DNA from: Schmidtea polychroa | Taxonomy: Eukaryota | Assembly (NCBI GenBank): GCA_044892525.1 | Contig: CM097885.1 | Location: 236,532,001 to 236,596,000, forward strand | Length of the DNA: 64,000 nucleotides | Direction of reading: 5' to 3' | Shown here: piece after piece, positions 26,626-39,536 of the stretch | Layout: every line of letters begins with the position of its first letter | Numbering within the stretch: position 1 is the first letter of the stretch | Program-made: the position numbers and the translations under genes | The notes under the pieces: model-generated | Seen by the model: the letters and a program-made list of their open reading frames with translations, nothing else | Told to the model about the DNA's origin: nothing | Databases searched by the model: none

Positions 26626-29318
26626 ACTATGTAATTGGAATTCTTATTTTTAATGGTAAAGCTGATTTAAAACCAATTTATGATTTACTTAATTTTCATG
26701 TTGTATGTTTTGTTGGTGTTTAGGTGTGAGTCTTTTTAAATGTGTTAGAGGTACTGATGGATTTTGAATCGACTCCTTCCTAAACGCCTTGATTATTGTA
26801 CGTTATACCATCTGCGTACCCATGGTGATAACCATGTTGGAGTTGTACACAGTGGTAGAAAATCAATGAGCAGGTGACCTCTACTGCTAAAACTACACCT
26901 TATTGTTTTTTCATTTTCGGGTTCTGGACTGCCGATAGAAGGTCTTACATCATTGTTCATTATCTATCTTTTTCTTAGATTGCTATTATTGATTCATGTA
27001 ATTATGGTCCTCCTAGCTGGATATTTTCTAATGTCATTTTCGCAAATATTGCGCAGGAATCGGCCCTTATTTCCTAGTGTATAAATGTCGTTCTATACTT
27101 TCTACAATACCTGAAGATAATCGGTTTATTCGTCGACAAATTTGGACAGGGTTCTGCCTATGTTTTCACTTCTTTGTCCTACGTCACATTTCTATCAAAC
27201 TCCTGATACCAGTGACGAACTCGTCGGAGGCTTTCCGGACGAAATCCAATCAACTGAGTGCTAAAAAGTCATTGACATCCAACACGATGCAAATACGCGA
27301 GGTATCTGCATACAGCGAACGTACTCAAGTCTCATGACACTTTCTACCCAATAAAATCGAATAAAATAACATTCCCTACGTCGTTACTAAAGTTTTCATT
27401 GGAACATGAACGAACCCGATTGTGAAAACCTTAACTATCAAAACTACTCAAACATAAAAATTAACTTAGAAACTAATGATAAAAAGAAAAAAAAATAACT
27501 AAAACTAAATTGAATATAAAGATTTATTAACTTAGAACATTAAATAAAATTACATTAGTCCAAAATAAGCTTACCACAATGGCATAGACCAAAACCCGAG
27601 ATCAGGTTGGAATGACACCGAAAATTGTGTTTAAAATTTAAGCAAAATAAAATGTCCAAGTCAAAACAAGTTCTTGTTAAAATCAAGTTTTATATAATCA
27701 AATAACAAGTTCTTAAACTGAATTTGCAATCATTATTTCTACTGATTTTGATTGCATTCTCTGCCACTAGATCCAATCAGAATGCAGTACAGTTGAATTA
27801 TGTTTCATACACATATATGAGTGTGTGCAATTTTTTACATTTAATTTATTTGATTTAATTAATCAAATTATTTAATTTTTATTAATTTTCACAATTTAAT
27901 TTTATAAATTTTATAATTTAAACAATTTTAACCAATTTTATTTTAAATTTTATTATTTTATCCATGTTAATAGAATTTTTTGTTTCAATTTTTCAATTTA
28001 TTTATTTCTATTCTTCTTCTTAACGTATGCACTCATTGCCATAGCTTCTTCGTATGTAAATACGAGCCATAACATCCCTAATTAATTCCATTATGGTCTT
28101 TCGTGTGTAAATATGACCAATAATCCTTCTTAAAATTTCTTTTCTTTTTATTAATTAATTTATTATCAATATTTATTTTATTTATTATTCTGTTATTTTT
28201 CTAGTTTGCAGATTTTTTGAATGCGATATTTCTCTCTTAACTGTGTTGGTGATTGCAATTTCTTGCGTTTCATGAATTTATTATACGTGTTTTATTCATT
28301 CTCAATGTGTTATGTATTTTATTTTGTATTATTTGGTGTATGATCATAGATTTTAATTCAACTTGGTACGGTTTTTATGTTATGTATTTTCGATCCATTA
28401 AACAAACTCTTAATTCACGGTTCTAGCCCAACAGTTGTATGAATTCAGGTGCCGATTATTTAGCTGGACATTCTTTTAATGAAGCTTTACCCAAGTTACC
28501 TTTTCCATTGTACAGCACCACAACAATGTGTTTGTTAATTATCAAATGTTACTTATTTTCTAACATTAATTAAAAAAATGATACCTGGAAAAAAGTTTGA
28601 TTATGTTTACTTCGACATTTTTAATATATCAGTGAAATTTTAAAAAATGTGGTCAAGAATATTTAAAGAAAGCATTCAATTCATGTATATTTATTAAAAA
28701 CCAATTACAGTGTATCGGTTTGTCATAGAAAGGTTTTTGAAAAAAGATTTTCCAATGATTCACTGTTTTCCTTATATCTTCCAGATGACCCATTGTATGA
28801 CCTATAAAATCATGCCAAAATGTCCGCCAATTCACGAAGCATCTAATAAGATATCGTTATGATGAGTAATGTATTTATTTAGCCAATCAAAACACTATCT
28901 ATTAGACGGTTCATATCCACCTACTAATTAATAAAACATCGTTTCAATATTTTTTATTTTACTATAATTAAATTTTTCAACTGAGTTTTACAACATCTAA
29001 ACTATGATTGACTATTAAAACAAATTAAAAAGTCGTTGAAAAATGTAATCTACGGAAATAAACAAAAAATACAATTTACTACATTTACCAAATAAACAGA
29101 AACTTAACATGAAAATTTAATCTCAAATACACTGAAGGAAATGTAAAACTTTGACTAACTTTTTTTATTTATAAAATTAAGGTTTTGATCAATGTTTAAT
29201 ATATTTAATCATATTGAGACACTTTGAGTGGAGCTTGAAATTGTGGATATTAGTGATAGTTACAAATTAGCAAAAAGAAAATAATACATTCAAAAGTCAG
29301 ACATAACTAAGAGCTAAA

Positions 29319-30308
29319 TTATTTTTTAATAAATAAAGAAATGAAATTTTCTCTAAAACTAGGATTGGAAAGAAAATATATAAGAATATTGATAGTAGAA
29401 TCAAAATGAACAAGAAGATTTGTAATTAATTTCAACGATTCATCGTTTTGTTTCGACAGAACATTGAACGAATGCAACATATTTCTAATACAATTAGGAA
29501 GCTCCAGTAAAACAAATAAAACACATAAACCAACAATCAAATTATTCGACGACTTGAAACTATTTCTTTGAGTTGAACTTTGAGTTTGCAAAAGTCTTGT
29601 TCTAATCGAACTTTGTTTTTGTAAAATTTGCATTATTGCTATTGTAAAAATAATTACTAAAGTTCCCGGCAGGACAATAGTTCCTAAAAGTAATAACCCA
29701 TTCAAATAGATTATGGAATACCATTTATATTTATCGAAAACTTCAAACAACTTTTCAACGAAAAAACTTTCATTACAATAGACCCGGCCTTCAGCAATAA
29801 AATTCGGTAGGCTAATTACAAAACTCCCAATAGTAGCTATAGAAAAAAGAATTTTTAATCCATAGTTGGTGAATATTTTCCTATTTCTACTCAAACAACA
29901 TATTGCCTCGTACCGATATGCGGCGGAAATGACAACTAACCAATTCCTATTTATCATCATGCTCAATGATAAATAAAGTAAAATTTGCATCATTATGTCA
30001 CTTGTCAACACAGATATGATATTAGATTTTATCAAATATGAATTGAAATGAAAATACGTTACGTAACGATATATGGACCCGAATAAGCCGAACAGAATTT
30101 CTAATAAAGAGAACATGGTAAGAATTTTGTACATCATAGATTTTTCAGCCATCCGAAATTTGATAAATATAAAAAATGCCAATAAATTCCCAATAACATT
30201 TAATGGCAAGATCAATAATTCCACCGTTTCATGGAATCGATACATGGCACTTTCGCTCCGGTTCACTGAGCAATTATTGGAGAATTTGATGAATCGATAA
30301 TTCTTCAT
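29319..30308 (-). CDS. Rhodopsin-class (class A) orphan or peptide GPCR, 329 aa, intronless
   Basis: Intact ORF with seven hydrophobic segments. TM1 GN, TM3 NWLVV..AAYRYEAIC (DRY variant), TM4 LP, TM5 LP, TM6 ELP and TM7 DSTINILIY...FR. Confidence 0.9.
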   Translation of the reverse strand: MKNYRFIKFSNNCSVNRSESAMYRFHETVELLILPLNVIGNLLAFFIFIKFRMAEKSMMYKILTMFSLLEILFGLFGSIYRYVTYFHFNSYLIKSNIISVLTSDIMMQILLYLSLSMMINRNWLVVISAAYRYEAICCLSRNRKIFTNYGLKILFSIATIGSFVISLPNFIAEGRVYCNESFFVEKLFEVFDKYKWYSIIYLNGLLLLGTIVLPGTLVIIFTIAIMQILQKQSSIRTRLLQTQSSTQRNSFKSSNNLIVGLCVLFVLLELPNCIRNMLHSFNVLSKQNDESLKLITNLLVHFDSTINILIYFLSNPSFRENFISLFIKK

Positions 30309-30669
30309 TTGTCGATTATTTTAGAATTCACAGAACATTTTAATAAATGTCAATAATGCAATTCTACGAATTTTGGAAATCAATTTATGATTTGTTTTAA
30401 TAATTTTATTAACGCTGTATTGTAACATCCAACCGATATATCACTAATTTCTGAGATTTCTGTTACAGATAATTTTATGTAATAGATAATTGTAAGTAAT
30501 ATATGATTTTAAATGACAACTGAAATTCATTCATAATAAATTTTTATTTAATTCATTTCCTGTGAAAACCAATGTAATATATAATCATTTATGAATATAG
30601 AAAATATTAGATCGTAGAATATTAATTTTGAAATTTCAATTAACTCCATTTGAGAAGTAGTAGTAATAA

Positions 30670-30829
<160 letters not shown>

Positions 30830-30837
30830 TAACAATT

Positions 30838-30976
30838 AAGTGATAATTTAAGCCTTTTGCTGCGAATAATGTATTTAATGAAAAAAATTTGACTAAAAGG
30901 TAGACAAGGTCTATCTTATAGTCGAAATTTTTTCATTAAATACATTATTCGCAGCAAAAGGCTTAAATTATCACTT
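30838..30976. mobile_element. 139-bp hairpin (foldback) element
   Basis: AAGTGATAATTTAAGCCTTTTGCTGCGAATAATGTATTTAATGAAAAAA... is followed by its near-perfect reverse complement. A half copy lies at about 15816-15880. Confidence 0.8.
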
Positions 30977-31904
30977 TCTTGTTTTAAATAATAATAATAA
31001 TGTTAATAATAATAAAATAAAAATTATCATTATTATAAAAAGATACATCGTCTTTAATAGATATTCTTCCGTAGTTCTTCTGAACACTAAATCATCTGGA
31101 TTCTCTTTTTTGACACATATCTCCAATTTTCTGGGTTTGTCCCTCTTTGGATATATCACCTCAATTTTCCATAAAGGTTATTGAATTTTTCAAATTTTAA
31201 TATATGCAAAATATTCTTAAATACATAAATTGAATATTATACATTTTAATTAATTATTAATAAAATTATTTCCACTTAATTTGTCTTCGTAACCAAGTAC
31301 CATTATTACAACTTTTCTATAAGAATTCAAGAGTTTACATTACAGTAATTAATTTCAGAATATGTAGTCTCGGATTTATTAATTTTAAAAATATTTCCTG
31401 ATAAAACATGACATGTTAATGGAATAATACAAAAATGTTTTTAAATGTAAATATAGCAATTCTTAATAAAAAAATATGGAAAATTATTGACAAAATTCGA
31501 GATTTGATAAATTAATTATGAATTATAGCAAATTTCACCATATTCTCTACTCGCTTCTCTGTCATAAATTCAATCACCTGTTTGGCAAAAACTGATTTTG
31601 GCACAGATTGAACGTGAATTGTGACCGAAATGCGTTTAACACAATATTTAAACATAGTCTTAAGTCGATTTAAATTCAAAATCATGTAGAAAATACTAAA
31701 TTAACACTGACAAATCGAGAAGTATAAAAATTAATTAACCAATGCAAGAAGTATAGCACGGACTTAACACAAATATAACATAAATAAATAAAACTGGATG
31801 AACATAAGATCGATAGATACATATACAATAGAGGCACCAATAAATACATAAAAGTCTATAGATTGGTGAGGTAAATTGTCCACGACATTTTGTCCTAGAA
31901 CCTA

Positions 31905-32745
31905 AAATGAACATCGATGAAGTAGCTTTAGATTTAAAAGCTCTCCAAAGTTATTTTCATGAATCATGATGAAAGAGAAGTGTTAGTTAATGACTCACTG
32001 AAAAAAGGAATTCGAATTTGCAATGAATGGGACATTAAATTTGAAAGATGACACAGAAGAAAGAAAAAAATGGATGGCGAAATATAGAGAGAAGCTGGTT
32101 TATCAGCTAAAGAAGAAATGGAAAGAGTTATGAAAGGGACTGTCGACCGTCTATTCAATGAATTAAAAAGTAGAAGCGTTCGTTTACAAGAAATTAATGA
32201 AAATTTTGGATTTCATCTTGATATGGAAGCCTACAGTTGTGATGTGGATGTGCAAGAATTATATGAAGAAATTTTGGATTTTAGAACAAGCGGCACCGAA
32301 AAAATATCAAGCTCCGAGCAATTACTTAATTTTATAGTTCAATATCGAGATGAAAACATTTTTCCCAATATGGGTATAGCATTGCAAATATTGCTGACAA
32401 TCGCGGTTTCTTTTGCCAGTTGCGAAAGATCATTTAGAAAATAAAATTGATACTTTCATATTTGAGAGCCTTGATGGGTCAAAGTCGATTATGTGATCTT
32501 GTTTTACTTAGGATAGAACGAGAAATGACCGAAGAAATTTACTTTGATTATATAATTAAACTATTTGTGTCAGCTAAAGAAAGAAAGATGAATTTGTAAT
32601 AGTGTTAATGGTTGTAACTTGTGTCCTTTTTTTACCCAATTCTAAAGTAGTTTTTTAGAAAATAAAATGTGAGTAACCTATCGTCGAAGAGTGGCCCAAG
32701 ATCGGTGTTTGTCATAGGCGCCATTTACACCTAGGTATGCCACTG
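31905..32745 (+). mobile_element. hAT (Tip100/ZMYM-like) 3' fragment with dimerization domain and right TIR
   Basis: FPNMGIALQILLTIAVSFASCERSFRK*KLILSYLR and terminus TATGCCACTG. Confidence 0.8.
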
Positions 32746-32969
32746 CGCATATCCTCCCGTTGGAAAATACTGTTTTACATGATTTATTATTTTAACGTTT
32801 CATTTGCTCTGTGCATTGTCATTTTTATAGACAGTCGCTTTTACGAGCCAAGACAATATAAATTATATAATTAACTAATATAATAATTAACATAAGAGTT
32901 TTGAGATTTAATTTTTCATTCCATAAAACAAATCTGGCATGAAATAATATATTTTCTAAGAAAATTGAT

Positions 32970-33219
32970 AGTAGTGGACGTATGGCCTTCACGGCACCAC
33001 CCCCTCCTAGCCGTCCAGCTTAAAAACTAAACATTTCCATCTTTTTAACCCTTTATTTTTACATCTTTTATTCATAAAAACCCCTAATTTACCAAGCCAA
33101 ATCCTTAATCCCCTTACCAGGAATCGCGGATACAGGTTTACGCCGTGAAGGCCATACGTCCACTACTTGTAAAACATAAAAATTTTAAATATTAAAAACT
33201 AGCAATCGGCGCAATTTGC
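32970..33219 (+). repeat. Polinton left TIR
   Basis: Reverse complement of 46106-46355 with only a few mismatches. Confidence 0.95.
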
Positions 33220-33246
33220 ATATCCAATAAAAAAATTTTTAAAAAA

Positions 33247-36200
33247 ATGAAGTGTGGTATATGCAAAAAAATTTTAAAAATAAAACAGGATTAATATCAC
33301 ATGAAAAATCCAAAGAGCATTTATTAAAGACAGTTGGACTAAATGATTCAAACTCAAAACTTTGTCCTAAATGTAAAGAAAGATATTTACTTTTAGGATA
33401 TGATAAACATTTTAAAAACTGTATTGGGAATAAAAGAAATAGAAAAAAATTTGAATGCCCTATATGTAGATCAAAATTCACCACAGAATCTTATTATTTA
33501 AAACATTTAAAAGAATGTGCTATTGTTAAAAGAGATCCTGAAGAATCTGAAGAAGATATAAAAGTTAGAGAAGAAGAAGAAGAGATTGAAAAAGAAAAAT
33601 ATAATTGGAACAACTTTAACCATGTAGATAAATTTGAACAAACATTTATATCCTCTTCATCTTTAGAGTATATAAATAAAAATAAAAAAAACATAAAAAA
33701 ATCAATGGAAGATGCTATAAAAAAATTTGGTAAATCAAGATTTAATATTATTAAATATAAAATTAGAATCCATTCAAGATATTGGAGAGGAGAAGATGTA
33801 AACACAACACCCTTGGATGCTATAATTGAAACATCTTATGATTATTTATTCTCAACCGATGGATTTAATAAAAAAATTAAAGATATTATTCATAAAGTTG
33901 CAGATGAGCATAGGGTGGTTGAACAAGAATTAGGAGAGTCAAACCTAAAATTCCTTTCATTTCAATCACTTGAAATTGAATATTGGAGAGGAGCACCTCC
34001 AAATCCTAAATCATATATCCCTACACCCTTTACTTCTATTCATGTTATAAATGTTCAAAATAAGGATAATAAATGTTTTCAATGGTCAATCCTTGCACAC
34101 TTACATCCTCAAGAAAATCATAAAGAAAGACCTGCAAAATATAAGCAATATGCAAATGAATTAATATATCCAAAAGGATTTAAACACCCGATGAAGATTG
34201 AATACATTCCAGATTTTGAAAAATTAAATAATATTAAACTTAACATTTATGAATACATTGGCCAGGTGGGTGATCGAAAGCATATTATTCCTATCCATGT
34301 GTCAGATAGAGAATTATCAGAACAAGATAAAAATAGAGAAATATATCTTTTAATATTACAAGAACATAAAAGAGAACAGGTCTATAAGGAATATGATGAT
34401 CAGGATGAGGAAGAACAATATTTAAATATTGAAGACGATCAAGAAGAAGACCTTGAAGAGTCCGAAGGTCAAATAGAAGATGAGGGGAAACAACATTATA
34501 TTCTAATAAAAAACTTTCAAAGCTTTATGAGATCGAAAATCACCACAGTGGTGGAACAACATGTAAACGGTGTTTATATTATTCAGCTTCAGACATTGCA
34601 GCATTTAAACATGAAAGATTATGTTGTAAGAACTTACCAGCATTAATTAAAATGCCGAGCAAGGAAAAGTCCACCATGCATTTTAAAAACTTTTCAAACC
34701 TGTTACAATCTTTAGGTGTAATATATGGAGACTTTGAAGCCATAAATATAAAACAGGATTTAGACCAAGAATATTTAAAAATAATAGAAAAAAATAATCT
34801 ATTAGACTCTTGGAACCAAAGGACTGAAGGAATCTCCATGAAAAACTTTTTAAAATTAAATAATAAATCCTATACAGTAAAACTGAAAAAACAGGTGGCT
34901 TCAACCTATAAATTATTTTTTAAAAGTAATTACCCTGAACTTATAGTATCAGAAGAATTTTCATATAGAGGATCCTCAGAAGAAGAAACTCTAAATCATT
35001 TTACTAAAGACATAAATGATTTAGAGCACAAACTTTTTAAAACCTTAAAAACAAACTACCCAATAAACTTTTCGGATCAACAATGGGAAGAATATGAAAA
35101 TTGCACAACTTGCTGGATGTGTAAACGCCCATTTGAGCATCAACTCTTTGAGAATCATCCCGAAGGCCATCCTGAAAGTATTGAAGAAGAAGAACAAAGA
35201 TTATTCCATGAGGGACAAACTCAAAATATAAAAGTTCCTGATCATGACCACTTTAAAAAAGAAAATAATTATAGAGGAGCCGCCCATAAAAACTGTAATA
35301 TAAATTGTAAAAGACCTGCATTTGTACCAGTTATATTTCACAATCTTTTTGGTTATGACATCCACCTATTTATAAAACGTCTAGCTGTAAATGCTAAAAA
35401 TTCCTTCAAGGTTATAGGACTGACAAAAGAAAAATATAAATGTGTTCAATATGGACGACTAAAGTTTATAGATTCATTAAACTTTCTATCAATGTCCTTG
35501 GATGGAATAGCAAAAACCATGAAACCTGAAGACTTCACCCATACAATTGAAAAAGTATTAGTAAAAAATAATATTCCCCAGGAGGAATATAAAACCTGTT
35601 TGGCAAAAGGAATCTATCCTTATGATTACATCAACTCATTTGATAGATATAATGAAACATCTTTACCCCCTCAAGACTTGTTTTTTTCAATATTAAATCA
35701 AACGGATATAAGCGATCAAGAATATACCCAAACCAATATATCCAATCTTTATAGGTTTTACCATTTTAGAATTATCAAAACTTCAAATGTATGAAACCTA
35801 TTATGATATTCTACTACCACATTTTAAAAATAGAATATCAATGCATGCAATGGATACAGATAGTATGTTTTTAAAAATATATACTAAAAACCTAAAAGAG
35901 GAAATATCTGAAAATGAAATCCTAAGGAATTTAATAAATTCATCTGGAGAATTATTCACCTTTAAAGATGAAAAACCTAATACACCAATAATTGATGCTG
36001 TATTTATTAGGTCCAAACACTATTCACTAGAAATGATTGAAGCCCCAAAGATTGAAACCCATTCAATTAAAATCATGGATCAAACATTTGAAGTCCCAGT
36101 ATTAATACCTTCAAAACTTAAAACATCTAAAGATAATAAAAATAAAGGTATACAGAAAGCAGTTTCTAGAACTATACCCCATCAAGACTATAGGGATATT

Positions 36201-36554
36201 CTAAATAAAAATCAACCAGATAAAATAGTTGAGGTTCATCAACTTAAATCTGAAAAGCATAACATGTATTTAGAAGAATCAAATAAAATATCATTATCAA
36301 ATTATGATGATAAGAGGTATATTTTATCAGATTTAAAAAAGACACTTCCAATTGGAAATGATATGATTCCTCATATAAAAAATTTAAAGAACATTTCAGA
36401 TCTTCAACTGTATGAACTTCGAATACTTTACCCTGAAAGTCGAAATGACTATTTGGAATTACATCTTGAACAAAATCCTATAAACCTAAATGATTACATC
36501 TTAGACGTCAAAACCATACCAGCTTCAGTCATCCATGAAGGAAAGTCATTCTGA
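33247..36554 (+). pseudogene. Protein-primed DNA polymerase B with N-terminal Zn fingers, frameshifted and internally deleted
   Basis: NKDNKCFQWSILAHL, YGDFEA, DHDH...YRGAAHKNCN, FHNLFGYD, FIDSLNF, KGIYPYDY, then an abrupt jump near 35730 to PIFIGFTILELSK...MDTDS...KGI...DDKRY. Confidence 0.93.
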
Positions 36555-36700
36555 AAGCTTAAAAATGACTGAAATACAATCAATTTTTGAAAACTTAAAG
36601 TCTTTGACAGATGACAAAGTATTGATTGATACTATTAAAGTTTTGCATAAATTAAAAAATAAACCATCTGTTTCAATAATAAAAATTTTTTCTTTTATAG

Positions 36701-36988
36701 TTATAACATCTTTTTTATTTTCTCTTTTATTTTCTCTTGGTTTACCTTGGTTGAAGTCTTTCTGGCTTTAATCTCTTTATGGACTTCATTCAACTGTTGT
36801 TTCAGATGATCTCTTTCAGTCTCTATATCATTTATAATCCAAAGAAGTACAGGCTCTCGAATAGCAAGTTGCGCAGCTTGCAGGGCTTTATCCTCTGAAG
36901 ATTTCTCATTATATTCTTTTAATGCAAGACTTGATTGCTTTTTAATAATAGGATTGCTTTTTATCAAGTTTAAAACACGTTCATTCAT
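36701..36988 (-). CDS. Polinton hypothetical coiled-coil protein (95 aa)
   Basis: ATG-initiated ORF packed among co-oriented Polinton ORFs. No motif recognised. Confidence 0.45.
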   Translation of the reverse strand: MNERVLNLIKSNPIIKKQSSLALKEYNEKSSEDKALQAAQLAIREPVLLWIINDIETERDHLKQQLNEVHKEIKARKTSTKVNQEKIKEKIKKML

Positions 36989-37173
36989 TTATTAAAGTTT
37001 TTAAACATGATACTAGTTCGATCTAAAATATCTTCAACATTTTCAGGTTCAGTTGTAGAGACTACTGTTCCAGAGTACGAAGTCCCAGAGCCTAAAGGAT
37101 CTTTCCTTTTATATTTCTTAGACTTGATGCATTTATGATTTTTATCAAGTACAGTAGTTGAACAATCATTACA

Positions 37174-37428
37174 TTAAACACCTTTTTTCTCTATAACCCT
37201 TTTCTTTTTAGTTGCATGCCTATAGGGAGAATCAATTCCTAAATCTTTTCTAATTCTTCTCATCGTTGAGTCTGAAGTACCAATCATTTTACAAATTTGA
37301 GTCTGAGAAAAAGTAGGGTTTTCACTCTTTAATCTTGCAAATTCAAAGGCTTTCTCTTTTTGTTGAATCTTATTTAAAATTAAAGGATCGATCATTGAAA
37401 GTTGTTCAACTTTTTTTATAAAGCCATC
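37174..37428 (-). CDS. Polinton helix-turn-helix-like protein
   Basis: ENPTFSQTQICKMIGTSDSTMRRIRKDLG fits an HTH pattern. Likely start at MDGFIKK. Confidence 0.6.
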   Translation of the reverse strand, partial: DGFIKKVEQLSMIDPLILNKIQQKEKAFEFARLKSENPTFSQTQICKMIGTSDSTMRRIRKDLGIDSPYRHATKKKRVIEKKGV

Positions 37429-37630
37429 CATTTTTAAGTTGAGGAAATAAAGCAAAATAATATTCTCCTTTTCCAATTTGGTCTTGTATACTTAAAGATT
37501 GAAATTTAGTTATTTTATTTAAATAATCAGGGTCATTAATTCTTACAAGATAAAAGATGTAACACTTTTCACCTATTCTAATTTTATCCTCTAATGATAA
37601 ACTTCTAAAATCATTCAATCTTGAATTCAT
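37406..37630 (-). CDS. Polinton hypothetical protein with an internal repeat
   Basis: FRSLSLEDKIRIGEKCY and FQSLSIQDQIGKGEYY form an internal duplication. Confidence 0.45.
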   Translation of the reverse strand: MNSRLNDFRSLSLEDKIRIGEKCYIFYLVRINDPDYLNKITKFQSLSIQDQIGKGEYYFALFPQLKNGWLYKKS

Positions 37631-37648
37631 TATTTTTTAAATTAAAAA

Positions 37649-38060
37649 TTATACAGTCTTACGAAGTAACCATTTTTCTCGGTATTGTTTTTTATCTTCT
37701 TTAACCTTTGTGGTTTTCAACTTTATAACTTCATTTTTAATATCTTGAATTATTTGATTTGATTTCATTATTTCTTCATCTGTTAGGATTCCATCTTCCA
37801 AGGCTTTCAATTGAAATAAAAATAATTTTGATATCCCCAAGTCGATTGTCAAACAAACTTCACGATATAAACCTTTCTTTTTTGAAGTATAAGATAAAGA
37901 AAGTATTTCAGTCAAGAATCTGCAACAGAAATACTTCCAAGTATTACGGGTGCAAGAGTAACAACTGGTAAAGTTATGGGTAAAACAATTGTAAGTATTG
38001 CAGATGTAAATCCTAAGGAGTAACCTATAATCTTTAAAGCTGCATTCCCTTTATTCCATC
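37649..38060 (-). pseudogene. Polinton putative membrane protein, frameshifted
   Basis: Hydrophobic N-terminal part (IIGYSLGFTSAILTIVLPITLPVVTLAPVILG) followed by KALEDGILTDEEI. Confidence 0.5.
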
Positions 38061-38255
38061 TTTAATTAATTTTTTTATAATGCTTCAGTAAGTCCTTTAA
38101 ATGTAAAGTTTCTGATTTAAATTCTTTCACTCTCATGACTTCAAGTTCTGTAGGAGCTGATGGTTCTGGACTATTGGACTTTGTACTTTGTATCTTTGGA
38201 TATTGTACTACTTGACCTCCCGGGCCTTCTGGACTTCGTACTTCCATTTTAATAC

Positions 38256-38810
38256 TTAAAAAATCAAGACTTTATTATCTGGTACCAACGCTCGCATATT
38301 ATAAGAAGCTCTTTTTGAGAGAATGTCTTTATACAATTCTACCAACGCTTTACGAACTTGATCAACATCAACCTTTTTTTCATAAAATATTAAATCTATA
38401 TAACTTACAAGTGTGCTTTTAAAAATAATATTCTTACTTTTAACTTTATGTGTTTTATGTGAATCAGTATTATCATGCCAATGTCCATGTGGTAAATCAT
38501 AACCAGTTATTATAACTTCACCCTTTTCAAACATACTATTATAATCACATTTCACAAACCATTTCATTATTTCATCATCATCAGTAAATAAAAAGAAATA
38601 AGGATCAATAATCTTTACAACCATAAAACAAGACCATTCTTTACTACTTGTTGTTATTGAAGTTGGTTCTATAAAATGTTTATATCTATTGGGTAATAAA
38701 GTTTTATTCTGTTCTAATTCAGCAGCTCTTTTTCTAATAGTATGTGTTGTGTTAATGTGTGTTGTATGAGACTCTAATTTAACAAGTCTTACATTAAATC
38801 TTTTCTCCAT
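38256..38810 (-). CDS. Polinton hypothetical protein, possibly a frameshifted C-terminal extension of the penton
   Basis: 184-aa ORF overlapping the penton end. KRFNVRLVKL looks like the penton's last beta-strand. Confidence 0.45.
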   Translation of the reverse strand: MEKRFNVRLVKLESHTTHINTTHTIRKRAAELEQNKTLLPNRYKHFIEPTSITTSSKEWSCFMVVKIIDPYFFLFTDDDEIMKWFVKCDYNSMFEKGEVIITGYDLPHGHWHDNTDSHKTHKVKSKNIIFKSTLVSYIDLIFYEKKVDVDQVRKALVELYKDILSKRASYNMRALVPDNKVLIF

Positions 38811-39534
38811 TAAAATTAATCAATTCTCCATTTTCATCAACAATTTTAAAATGAATATTCATCAAGTTTTTTCTACATAAAGGTAAATAGTTTGGAGGAT
38901 TCATTCTTTCAACCATTTTATATCCAACTCGTACAGTATTAGAAGGAAAAGAATATAAAATATTTGCATGTTTACCATTATTATATGAACCTGTTATACA
39001 ATCACACTCTATATTTATAGAATTTGTATTTGTTATTTGTATAATATTTTTAGATTTAAAAGTTGATGATTGTGGATATTTTCCAACTTTAAAACCTAAA
39101 ATAGTATGAAAGAAACTAGAAGCTTCAACATCAAGTCCTACAGTTTTTAAAGTTGCAATACATTTTGAAGTTTGAACATCTACTTTTATTTCTACATTTC
39201 CATTTGTTTCTTTTAGAATTGCTTTTGCTAAATTTACTATTTCATATGCTCCAGGTTCGATTGATATCACAGACTTTTGACCTTCGGACTTTTGACCTTC
39301 GGACCTTTGACCTTCAGACCTTCGGACTATAAATTTATTATTATTAGTATTTATATTAAAAATAGTATTAAAACAGCTAAACCACAAGAGTCCTAATTCA
39401 TAATTTAAATTTTGATCTAAATTTATTGAATCTTCAAAATTTATAGTAAAGTCTGATTCTTTTGAATTTATTAATAAACTTCTTGAATATTTATTTGACA
39501 TTATGTTTACCATTTTTTTTAAATTATCTTCCAT
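38794..39534 (-). CDS. Minor capsid protein (penton, single jelly-roll)
   Basis: SDFTINFEDSINL...YELGL, IEPGAYEI, INIECDCITGSY.NG...ILYSF, YLPL and IVDENGELINFNGE are typical of Polinton mCP. Confidence 0.8.
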   Translation of the reverse strand: MEDNLKKMVNIMSNKYSRSLLINSKESDFTINFEDSINLDQNLNYELGLLWFSCFNTIFNINTNNNKFIVRRSEGQRSEGQKSEGQKSVISIEPGAYEIVNLAKAILKETNGNVEIKVDVQTSKCIATLKTVGLDVEASSFFHTILGFKVGKYPQSSTFKSKNIIQITNTNSINIECDCITGSYNNGKHANILYSFPSNTVRVGYKMVERMNPPNYLPLCRKNLMNIHFKIVDENGELINFNGEKI

Positions 39535-39536
39535 TT

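Noticed and set aside
30073..30300. Antisense ORFs overlapping real genes (also 5704, 19484, 33494, 34579, 41199)
   Set aside because: They are shadow ORFs on the opposite strand of recognisable coding sequence.
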